Assembly (NCBI GenBank): GCA_965209065.1
Contig: OZ242373.1
Coordinates: forward strand, 556,744 to 620,743
DNA from: Alphaproteobacteria bacterium
GTDB lineage: Bacteria > Pseudomonadota > Alphaproteobacteria > JAPOUT01 > G958296285
Direction: 5' to 3'
Length of the DNA: 64,000 nt
Both the position numbers and the translations under genes were made by a program. The notes under the pieces are model-generated. The model saw nothing but the letters and a program-made list of their open reading frames with translations, was not told where the DNA came from and made no database searches. This document shows positions 18,793 through 26,865 of this stretch, piece after piece (positions within the stretch are counted from its first letter, which is position 1; every line of letters begins with the position of its first letter).

Positions 18793-20013
18793 ATGAAATT
18801 TGGCATTTTTTACGAACACCAACTCCCGCGCCCATGGAACGAAGGCGATGAACAAAAGCTATTCAATGACGCGCTCGAGCAAGTGGCGCTTGCCGATAAG
18901 CTAGGGATAGATTACGCGTGGGAAGTGGAGCATCATTTTTTGGAGGAGTATTCGCACTCCTCGGCGCCGGAGGTTTTTTTGGCTGCCTGCTCGCAACGCA
19001 CCGAGCGCATTCGCTTGGGGCACGGGATTATGCTGATGTCGCCGCAATATAATCACCCGGCGCGCGCGGCAGAGCGGCTTGCCACGCTAGACCTCGTTTC
19101 TAACGGCAGAGTGGAGTGGGGCACGGGAGAAAGCTCGGCGCGGCTGGAGCTCGATGGGTTTGGCATCGAGGTCGCAGACAAAAGAGCCCAGTGGCGCGAA
19201 GGCGTTGAGCAGTGCGCGAATATGCTCGCGATGGATCCCTATCCCGGTTTTGAGGGCAAGTATTTTTCTATGCCGTGCCGCAATATCGTGCCGAAACCTG
19301 TGCAGAAGCCTCACCCGCCTTTGTGGGTGGCTTGCTCTAACCGCGAGACGATAAAGCTTGCAGCACGGCTCGGCATTGGCGCTTTGACCTTCGCTTTCAT
19401 TGATGCGGAGGAGGCAGCGCTTTGGGTTGATGATTATTACAGCATTCTAAAAGAGGAGTGCGTGCCGATTGGGCATAGCGTGAATGCGAACATTTGTATG
19501 GTGAGCGGCTTTTCTATTCACGAGAACGGACAAGAGGCAGAGCAGCGCGGGCTAGATGGCTTTCGCTTTTTTGGTTATGCTTTGGGTCATCATTATATTT
19601 TTGGCGCGCACCAGCCGGGTAGAACAAACATCTGGCAGGGCTTTGAGAAAAACAAAGGCAGTATGCCAATAAGTAGCAACGGCGGCATCGGCACGCCCGA
19701 AGATATGCGCAAGCATTTAAGAATTTTCGCTAACGCGGGGGTTGATCAAGTTGCTTTTATTCAGCAAGGCGGGCGTAATCGCCACGAGCATATCTGCGAA
19801 GCGCTAAAGCTTTTTGCTAAAGAGGTGATGCCCGAATTCCATAAAGGCGAAGCCGTGCGCGAGCAAGAAAAGCAAGAGGAGCTTGCTCCTTATATTGCTA
19901 AAGCCTTTGAGCGTAAAAAGAAAATGAAAGCGCTTAAAGATGATGAGATTCCGATTGTTGAAGCACTTGGCAGACAAATAGCCGAGCAGAAGAAACCAAC
20001 CGCTGCCGAATAA
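18793..20013 (+). CDS. Luciferase-like (LLM) flavin-dependent monooxygenase
   Basis: MKFGIF, WEVEHHF, RIRLGHG, HPARAAERLATLDLVSNGRVEWGTG, PKPVQKPHPPLW. Confidence 0.92.
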   Translation: MKFGIFYEHQLPRPWNEGDEQKLFNDALEQVALADKLGIDYAWEVEHHFLEEYSHSSAPEVFLAACSQRTERIRLGHGIMLMSPQYNHPARAAERLATLDLVSNGRVEWGTGESSARLELDGFGIEVADKRAQWREGVEQCANMLAMDPYPGFEGKYFSMPCRNIVPKPVQKPHPPLWVACSNRETIKLAARLGIGALTFAFIDAEEAALWVDDYYSILKEECVPIGHSVNANICMVSGFSIHENGQEAEQRGLDGFRFFGYALGHHYIFGAHQPGRTNIWQGFEKNKGSMPISSNGGIGTPEDMRKHLRIFANAGVDQVAFIQQGGRNRHEHICEALKLFAKEVMPEFHKGEAVREQEKQEELAPYIAKAFERKKKMKALKDDEIPIVEALGRQIAEQKKPTAAE

Positions 20014-20053
20014 TAAAAACCCTCCTATATATTTCTATATAGGAGGGTTTATT
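20014..20053. terminator. Bidirectional intrinsic terminator between convergent genes
   Basis: Perfect 15-bp inverted repeat AAACCCTCCTATATA-TTTC-TATATAGGAGGGTTT with A/T tracts on both sides. Confidence 0.85.
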
Positions 20054-20078
20054 GGTTTGTCCCCGTCTCCTTAAATTC

Positions 20079-20960
20079 TTATTGCTCTAGCTCAAACCTG
20101 AACGTGATGTTGCTGGGTTTTGCGCCGGCGGCAACAAAGAAACCTTTCCAAAAATTTTCAGCCGAGCGGTCGAGCTTGCCTTTAACATTGACGTTAAAGA
20201 TAAGCACTTTATCGGTTGGGCGAAACTTACCATTCACCGGCAAACCTTCTAGATAACGCTTGGCTCTAGGGGTAGAGGTAAGCACCTCTTTATAAGACGG
20301 GCATAGCACAGGGCTACTCGGCGAGCTTCTTTTACATATTTGGTGAAAAGAGAAATTCTTAGAATTTTGGAAGAGGTCGGAAACGAGGACAAAAACGCGT
20401 TCGCCGGGTCGTTCAGAGAAAAGCAGTTTAGGGTTGTCAGCCACTTCCGAGATAGCTTCTAATATAAGAGACTTAGGCGCACTCGTTGGCTTGGCGAATA
20501 TTTCATCAGGGATAATTTTTTCAGCGAGGCAATAGAAAGAGTTGTTTTCTTTTTTAATCTGCCCGGGGGCGTCAAAGATATAGCTAATCTGGTCTTCAGG
20601 TTTGGGGGCGCAGAATCTTGTGAGGTTCATCGTAGAGAGCGCGCCCTTATGGAAATGGGCGACAATCAGTTCATCGCCTTGCGCGCTTGGCTTAATCACG
20701 CGCTTATTGAACACATTGGACTTAATCCAAGCGATGGACTTTTTATTATAAGGGTCGGAGCCATCGACAAGAATGAAGATGGTCTTTTTTGTCTCCCCCG
20801 CACTTTTACAGATGGATTGGACGGATTTTTTGATGAAGTTCTTTTCTTGTAGGGAGCACTTCGCCGCCGACGCATTGTTTGGCATAAGAGTGATAATGGA
20901 TAGGGCAAGAATTGCCGGGGCAAGTAATGCCCCAAAGATGATTTTGTTTATATGTTGCAT
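20079..20960 (-). CDS. Hypothetical exported or membrane-anchored protein with vWA-like alpha/beta domain
   Basis: N-terminal hydrophobic signal/anchor; hhhhD-x-S-D (IFILVDGSD) and hhhhSD (VFVLVSDLFQNS) strands reminiscent of MIDAS; several Cys; overlaps the upstream gene by 13 bp. Confidence 0.7.
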   Translation of the reverse strand: MQHINKIIFGALLAPAILALSIITLMPNNASAAKCSLQEKNFIKKSVQSICKSAGETKKTIFILVDGSDPYNKKSIAWIKSNVFNKRVIKPSAQGDELIVAHFHKGALSTMNLTRFCAPKPEDQISYIFDAPGQIKKENNSFYCLAEKIIPDEIFAKPTSAPKSLILEAISEVADNPKLLFSERPGERVFVLVSDLFQNSKNFSFHQICKRSSPSSPVLCPSYKEVLTSTPRAKRYLEGLPVNGKFRPTDKVLIFNVNVKGKLDRSAENFWKGFFVAAGAKPSNITFRFELEQ

Positions 20961-22525
20961 TGCGCTATAACCTCCAGTTCAGCGAGTGTATTGGTAAGAA
21001 CAATAATTGTTTTTTCAAGGTCTTGTTCTGCTTGAGAGTGTTTTTTAAGGAATTCGTTTTCAAATTGAGATGCTTTTTTCTGGCGTTCGTCATCGTCCAT
21101 ATAGCAGTTGGCAGCGCCGGCGAACACATATAAGGGGTCTGTTTGGTCGTCGTCAAGCAGGTGCGCTGGTCTTTGTATCAGGCTTTTCGGGGCGGAGTAA
21201 TTTTCGTTTCGGTAGTTTTCGTGTGTGGAGACATATATTTCCCAGCTAGAAAGGAAGGCGTCGTTAATTTTATCTGCCCATTGTTCAAAATCGACAAAGT
21301 AGTGCTGGACTTTATTAATTTCCTTAGACCATTCATAGATGGATTGCTGCGCTTGGTTGAAAGTTTTTTGCGTTTTTTCTCTAGCGATTCTTGTGGTTTG
21401 GCTAAATTGTTTCTGATAAGACTTGAATTCGTGTTGAATGATGTTGCGTTCTTTAATGCAAGCGCGCCATTTTGCGCCATAGCCGGGGAAGGGGTCGTCG
21501 GAGAAGTATCCATCAAGCAGGGCAGCAGTTGCAAAGAGCATACCCACCGCGACCACCAAAGCAGATTGAAAAGAGAGAACATCAAGCTGACCGAAAGGCA
21601 TTATCGCAAGTCCAGTATTGACGGCATCAAAAGAATCTTGCGCGGCTTCTTGTAAAGAGCGGAAGACAGCGAGCGCGAAATTTAAGTAGATGATAAAGGC
21701 AAGGAAAGATGCTGTCCCAACAAAAGATAGTAGTTTCATTTTCCAGTTGGGGTGGAAGAATATGGCGGGAACGAGAAAGCGTCCAACAAGATAGCCAAAG
21801 ATGATATTGATAGCCGATGAAGAAAGCGAGATAGTTAAGCCGCCTAATAAGCCTGTTACTTGAACGAAGAGAGAAGCATTAAAGAAAGATTCGATGAGAT
21901 AGATGACAGAGATAAAGGCGACATGGCTTCCCGTTCCTTTACCGCCGCGAATAGGTTCAAACGCGAGGTCGTGCTGGACGCGGAAACGCTGGAGGTCGGC
22001 GTGGCGGCGGACGAATTCTTTATAGTGGAAGTTAATGGATTCGGCATGGGGAGAAAAAGTGAGGGCGATAGACATTTCATCGCGCACTTGATTGGCTTGA
22101 GCTTCTAGCGTAACGCCTGAAAATTGCATCACGAGGTTATCGACTTTTGTTTCTATTTCTTCAAACAGGGATTGGCACGATTTGATGCCTTGGTTATAGA
22201 TGTTCTTCAATTCATTTTGTATGCTCACGATGGTGGGGGGCAGGAGAACGCTTCTAGGGTTGGGCATACTGCTGATGGCGTCATTTTGTCCTGCTTCTTG
22301 TGCTTTAATTTCGTATTTCTGCCCGCTAATGGAGGGGAATTCGTATCCGCGTTCGGTTGCGGCTTTCCTGGAGTGGCGGCGTGCGACACGCACCGAAGCA
22401 GCTTGTCGCCTAGTCGCGACCCACAGGCGCGTGCTGGTGCTCACCTCTTGCGATATTTTTTGAGGAAGCTCTTTTATTTGTAAGAGGAGCTCTCGCCCTT
22501 TGTCTTGTAGAACGCCAATATTCAC
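20948..22525 (-). CDS. Hypothetical 4-TM membrane protein with long N- and C-terminal helical/coiled-coil regions
   Basis: 525 aa, GTG start with AGGA RBS; four hydrophobic segments (about aa 202-340) followed by DDPFPGYG; heptad-rich flanks. Confidence 0.8.
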   Translation of the reverse strand: MNIGVLQDKGRELLLQIKELPQKISQEVSTSTRLWVATRRQAASVRVARRHSRKAATERGYEFPSISGQKYEIKAQEAGQNDAISSMPNPRSVLLPPTIVSIQNELKNIYNQGIKSCQSLFEEIETKVDNLVMQFSGVTLEAQANQVRDEMSIALTFSPHAESINFHYKEFVRRHADLQRFRVQHDLAFEPIRGGKGTGSHVAFISVIYLIESFFNASLFVQVTGLLGGLTISLSSSAINIIFGYLVGRFLVPAIFFHPNWKMKLLSFVGTASFLAFIIYLNFALAVFRSLQEAAQDSFDAVNTGLAIMPFGQLDVLSFQSALVVAVGMLFATAALLDGYFSDDPFPGYGAKWRACIKERNIIQHEFKSYQKQFSQTTRIAREKTQKTFNQAQQSIYEWSKEINKVQHYFVDFEQWADKINDAFLSSWEIYVSTHENYRNENYSAPKSLIQRPAHLLDDDQTDPLYVFAGAANCYMDDDERQKKASQFENEFLKKHSQAEQDLEKTIIVLTNTLAELEVIAQCNI

Positions 22526-22594
22526 AAATTGCTTCCTAATCTCCGTTGGGGGGCTTTTTAGAATCTTGATTGAGTTAAGAATCTAGTAGTTAGG

Positions 22595-22623
22595 AATCTA
22601 TAAGAGCTTTATACTAGAGTCAA
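22595..22623 (-). promoter_or_regulatory. Sigma70-type promoter for the two-gene module
   Basis: Minus strand TTGACT-N17-TAGATT (-35 at 22623-22618, -10 at 22600-22595). Confidence 0.65.
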
Positions 22624-22655
22624 GCGGGGTTATATCAAATTGGGTCAAATTTTTC

Positions 22656-22684
22656 TTGCTACGGCGAGGCTAACCTGCCATAAT
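22656..22684 (+). promoter_or_regulatory. Sigma70-type promoter for hppA
   Basis: TTGCTA-N17-CATAAT with TGn extended -10, 26 bp before the ATG. Confidence 0.55.
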
Positions 22685-22710
22685 GCCCGTAAAAATAGGA
22701 GGGAACACAG

Positions 22711-24843
22711 ATGACTCACGACTTAATTTTATACTTTATTATAGCCTGCGGCTTTGTAGGCGTTATTTACGGCATTTTGACGAGCCGCTCGATACTGGCG
22801 GCGAGTGCTGGCTCGGAGCAGATGCAGAGCATCGCGGCGGCAATCCAAGAGGGCGCGCGCTCCTATCTCAACCGACAATACAGCACGATAGCTGCGGTTG
22901 GCATCGTGATTTGCGGGCTTGTTTGGTATTTTCTAGGACAGCTTTCGGCGTTTGGCTTTTTGACCGGTGCGACCTTATCGGGAGCGGCGGGTTATATTGG
23001 AATGTTGGTTTCGGTTCGGGCGAATGTGCGGACGACCCAAGCGGCATCGCAAGGCTTGGCGCCGGCTCTATCGATTGCCTTCAAGTCGGGAGCGGTTACC
23101 GGAATGCTGGTCGCGGGTTTGGCTCTGCTAGCGATTTCGATTTACTACTCGGTGTTGGTGATTGGCTTGGGTATGGACCCGACCTCGCGTGAGGTTGTCG
23201 ATGCGCTGGTTGCTTTAGGTTTTGGTGCGTCTTTGATTTCGATATTTGCTCGGCTGGGCGGCGGCATTTTCACGAAGGGCGCGGATGTCGGTGGTGATTT
23301 GGTCGGCAAGGTTGAGGCGGGTATCCCAGAGGACGACCCGCGCAACGCGGCGACCATAGCCGATAGTGTCGGCGATAACGTTGGCGACTGCGCCGGCATG
23401 GCAGCCGACCTCTTCGAGACCTATGCGGTTACGATTGTCGCGACAATGGTGCTTGCGGCGATTTTCTTTGTCGGTCAGCTTTCGAGCGCAACCGTGATGA
23501 GCCTGATGCTCTACCCTATGGCGATTGGCGCGGGTTGTCTTTTGACTTCAATCATCGGCACGTTTTTTGTTCGGCTTGGAAAGAGCCAGTCGATTATGGG
23601 CGCGCTCTATAAGGGATTTATTGCCACTGCGGTTCTTGCTATTCCGGTTATTTATTTTGTTACGGATTATCTCGTTGGCTGGGAGACGGAGCTTCGCGCA
23701 ACTGGTATCACATTCAATGGCAGCGACTTGTTTTGGTCTGCGGTGATTGGGCTCGGCGTTACTGCGATGCTGATTGTGATAACTGAATATTATACCGGAA
23801 CGGGTTTTCGTCCTGTGCGCTCGGTGGCGAAGGCGTCGGAAGCGGGACACGGCACGAACGTTATTCAAGGGCTGGCGATTTCTTTAGAAAGCACCGCGCT
23901 GCCGGCGCTGGTGATTGTTGCGGGTATCATCAGCACTTACTTGATTGCTGGCCTTTTCGGCACAGCGATTGCGGTAACCGCGATGTTGGCGCTCGCGGGA
24001 ATGGTTGTCGCGCTGGACGCGTTCGGTCCGGTAACCGATAACGCTGGCGGCATAGCGGAAATGGCGAAGCTGCCCGAAGACGTTCGCAAAACAACTGACG
24101 CGCTCGATGCTGTCGGTAATACCACGAAAGCAGTCACGAAGGGCTATGCGATAGGCTCGGCGGGTTTGGGCGCGCTGGTTCTGTTTGCGGTTTATACGCA
24201 AGACTTGAGGTTCTTTATAGAGAACTCTGCTGATTACGCTTACTTCGCGGGTGTGCGACCTGATTTTTCCTTGTCTAATCCTTATATTGTTGCGGGATTA
24301 TTTATCGGCGGGCTTTTGCCCTATCTTTTCGGCGCGCTGGGTATGATGGCGGTCGGCAGGGCGGCAAGCGCTATCGTTGAGGAAGTGCGCCGCCAGTTCC
24401 GCGAGAACCCCGGCATTATGACCGGTGAGGTGAAACCTGATTACTCGCGCGCGGTTGATATGCTCACGCGCTCGGCGATATATGAGATGATTATTCCGTC
24501 ACTGCTGCCGGTGCTAACGCCGATAGCTTTGTTTGTGGGGGTTTTGTTCATCGCGGGCAAGAGCGCGGCGTTTTCGGCTTTGGGCGCGATGTTGCTGGGG
24601 GTTATTATAACGGGGCTGTTTGTTGCGCTGTCGATGACGGCGGGCGGGGGTGCTTGGGATAATGCGAAGAAGTTCATCGAGGACGGCAATCACGGGGGCA
24701 AGGGCTCGGAGGCGCACAAGGCGGCTATCACCGGCGATACGGTGGGCGACCCCTATAAGGATACGGCAGGACCTGCGGTTAATCCTATGATTAAGATAAC
24801 GAACATCGTTGCTCTTTTGATGTTGGCTGCGCTCGCGCATTAG
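22711..24843 (+). CDS. hppA: Membrane-bound H+-translocating pyrophosphatase, K+-independent type
   Basis: [47 protein letters not shown] (Lys at the K+-dependence position), [11 protein letters not shown]. Confidence 0.95.
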   Translation: MTHDLILYFIIACGFVGVIYGILTSRSILAASAGSEQMQSIAAAIQEGARSYLNRQYSTIAAVGIVICGLVWYFLGQLSAFGFLTGATLSGAAGYIGMLVSVRANVRTTQAASQGLAPALSIAFKSGAVTGMLVAGLALLAISIYYSVLVIGLGMDPTSREVVDALVALGFGASLISIFARLGGGIFTKGADVGGDLVGKVEAGIPEDDPRNAATIADSVGDNVGDCAGMAADLFETYAVTIVATMVLAAIFFVGQLSSATVMSLMLYPMAIGAGCLLTSIIGTFFVRLGKSQSIMGALYKGFIATAVLAIPVIYFVTDYLVGWETELRATGITFNGSDLFWSAVIGLGVTAMLIVITEYYTGTGFRPVRSVAKASEAGHGTNVIQGLAISLESTALPALVIVAGIISTYLIAGLFGTAIAVTAMLALAGMVVALDAFGPVTDNAGGIAEMAKLPEDVRKTTDALDAVGNTTKAVTKGYAIGSAGLGALVLFAVYTQDLRFFIENSADYAYFAGVRPDFSLSNPYIVAGLFIGGLLPYLFGALGMMAVGRAASAIVEEVRRQFRENPGIMTGEVKPDYSRAVDMLTRSAIYEMIIPSLLPVLTPIALFVGVLFIAGKSAAFSALGAMLLGVIITGLFVALSMTAGGGAWDNAKKFIEDGNHGGKGSEAHKAAITGDTVGDPYKDTAGPAVNPMIKITNIVALLMLAALAH

Positions 24844-24850
24844 AGCTACT

Positions 24851-25027
24851 TGTCATTCCCGCGAAAGCGGGAATCTAGCTCGCTTCCCCACGAAACTCTC
24901 CTCTTTCGTCATTCCCGCGCACGCGGGAATCTAAACAAGTTATCTCAATGAAACTAACGAGTGGATTCAATTGGACCCCCGCTAATCGGCTCTCGAACGG
25001 CTACAGCCTACCATTGCGGGGGCGACG
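24851..25027. repeat. Cluster of REP/dRS3-like palindromic elements (GTCATTCCCGCG-N3-GCGGGAATCTA)
   Basis: Copies at 24851-24878 and 24907-24933, plus an inverted related copy TGGACCCCCGC...GCGGGGGCGACG at 24972-25027 with an expanded loop. Confidence 0.8.
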
Positions 25028-25075
25028 AAGAAAGGCTATAGTTTATGCATCGCATAAACTATTTGGAGAGGAAAG

Positions 25076-26299
25076 TTGGAAATAGCATTACTTATAATCT
25101 TTTTTGTGGTTCTAATGTTGTTAGGGAGAAAGGCTGTTCTAATGATGTTAGCGAGAAAGACTTTTGCTAATCCAGAGTCTTTGCTTGAAAAAGCAGAGCA
25201 GGGCGATGCTGAAACGCAATATTTTTTAGGGTTGATGTATGCTTATGGAGATAGCGTCCCTCAAGACGATAAGGAAGCGATGCGTTGGTGGCGCAAAGCG
25301 GCAGAGCAAGGTCATGCTGACGCACAATTTAATTTAGGGACGATGTATCGTAGGGGGCAAGGTGTTCTTAAAGACGATAAAGAAGCAGCGCACTGGTATC
25401 TCAAGTCGGCAGAGCAAGGGAATGCTAAAGCGCAATTTAATTTAGGGGCGATGTATGCTAATGGGCAAGGCGTTCCTAAAGATGATAAAGAAGCCTTGCG
25501 CTGGTGGAGTAAAGCGGCAGAGCAAGGGGATGCTCAAGCGCAAAATAATTTAGAGGTGATGTATAAGCAGGGGCGAGGCGTCCCTAAAAATGACAAAGAA
25601 GCGTTGCGCTGGTATCACAAGGCGGCAGAGCAAGGGGATGCTAAAGCGCAATTTAATTTAGGGGTGATGTATAATACGGGGCGAGGTGTTCCTAAAAATG
25701 ACAAAGAAGCGTTACGTTGGTTTCACTTGGCGGCAAAACAAGGGCATGCTAAATCTCAATATAATTTAGGGGCGATGTATGCTGATGGGGAAGGTGTTCA
25801 GCAAGATTATAAAGAAGCGTTGCGCTGGTTTCACTTGGCGACAGAGCAAGGGCTTGCTGAAGCGCAATTTAATTTAGGGCGGCTGTATGCTAAAGGGCAA
25901 GGCGTTCCTCAAAACCATAAAGAAGCGGTGCATTGGTATCGCAAAGCGGCAGAGCAAGAGTATGCTCCCGCGCAAAATAATTTAGGGACGATGTATGCTA
26001 ATGGGCAAGGTGTTCCTCAAGACTATAAAGAGTCCTTGCGCTGGTGGCGTAAAGTGGCAGAGCAAGGGCATACTAACGCGCAATTTAATTTAGGGGCGAT
26101 GTATGCTAAAGGAGAAGGGGTTTCCCAAAATTTTCATGAGGCTTATAAATGGTTGAGTATCGCTAGTGCTTTAGGGAATAAAGAAGCCACGAAAACAATA
26201 AATTTAATTGCAAAAAATTTAAGCCCACAAGAATTAAAACAAACCCAAGACGAAGTAAAGCAGTGGCTCGAAAAGTTTTCACAAAAGAAAAAGAAATAA
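25076..26299 (+). CDS. Membrane-anchored Sel1-repeat (SLR/TPR-like) protein, 9 complete repeats
   Basis: TTG start after GGAGAGG; N-terminal TM; nine 36-aa AQFNLGxMYxxGxGVxxDxKEAxRWxxKAAEQG units. Confidence 0.93.
   Translation: MEIALLIIFFVVLMLLGRKAVLMMLARKTFANPESLLEKAEQGDAETQYFLGLMYAYGDSVPQDDKEAMRWWRKAAEQGHADAQFNLGTMYRRGQGVLKDDKEAAHWYLKSAEQGNAKAQFNLGAMYANGQGVPKDDKEALRWWSKAAEQGDAQAQNNLEVMYKQGRGVPKNDKEALRWYHKAAEQGDAKAQFNLGVMYNTGRGVPKNDKEALRWFHLAAKQGHAKSQYNLGAMYADGEGVQQDYKEALRWFHLATEQGLAEAQFNLGRLYAKGQGVPQNHKEAVHWYRKAAEQEYAPAQNNLGTMYANGQGVPQDYKESLRWWRKVAEQGHTNAQFNLGAMYAKGEGVSQNFHEAYKWLSIASALGNKEATKTINLIAKNLSPQELKQTQDEVKQWLEKFSQKKKK
25202..26180 (+). repeat. 108-bp tandem coding repeats (Sel1 units)
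   Basis: Recurrent GCAGAGCAAGG...GCGCAATTTAATTTAGGG...ATGTAT...AAAGAAGC at 108-bp period. Confidence 0.9.
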
Positions 26300-26424
26300 T
26301 GCTTTACCACACCCCCACTCACTAGGCATCGCGGGGGCATAAAATCGATTTATAAAAAACCAATAAAAATGGTATAATATAAAGTGAATCAACCGCTAAC
26401 CCCCCAACTCATAAGGAGGACAAA

Positions 26425-26841
26425 ATGAGCCCAGACGAAGACCTTTTACTTTTACCCGTTCTTGTTTTAGCCGCATGGAGCGTTTTTATGGCTCTGTGGA
26501 TGTTTGCTACGCGCGTTCCGGCGATGACCCGCGCCAAGCTAGATGGCAAGCATACAGAAGACTTGGCTATGCTGCCATCGCAAGTGCGCGCCATAGGCAG
26601 TAACTTCAGCAACCTCTTTGAGCTGCCGATTATTTTCTATGTAACCGCCTTTGCGATATTCTTAGCCGGCCATGTAGATATGACCGCGATTTATCTTGCT
26701 TGGGGCTTTGTCGGATTTCGTATTGTGCATTCCTTAATTCACGGGACTTACAATAATCCGTTGCATCGCTTTGCTATTTATATGCTTGCGCTCTTTTGCG
26801 TGCTGGCGATGTTGGTTCGCGAGATTATAAACATTATTTAG
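26425..26841 (+). CDS. MAPEG family membrane protein
   Basis: NFSNLFELPIIFY, FRIVHSLIH motifs; 3-4 TM; AGGAGG RBS. Confidence 0.85.
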   Translation: MSPDEDLLLLPVLVLAAWSVFMALWMFATRVPAMTRAKLDGKHTEDLAMLPSQVRAIGSNFSNLFELPIIFYVTAFAIFLAGHVDMTAIYLAWGFVGFRIVHSLIHGTYNNPLHRFAIYMLALFCVLAMLVREIINII

Positions 26842-26865
26842 TGTTTAGCTAAAAAGGGAGGAGAG

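Noticed and set aside
23362-23388. HppA motif DSVGDNVGD instead of DNVGDNVGD
   Set aside because: Single substitution at a non-acidic position; all catalytic Asp/Lys motifs are intact, and significance cannot be judged without an alignment.
24844-25075. Possible mini-CRISPR array (palindromic repeats with spacers)
   Set aside because: Only two direct copies plus one inverted copy, a REP/dRS3 consensus, and no cas genes.
25076-26299. Diversity-generating retroelement acting on the Sel1 repeats
   Set aside because: No reverse transcriptase or non-coding template repeat; variation is not adenine-specific.
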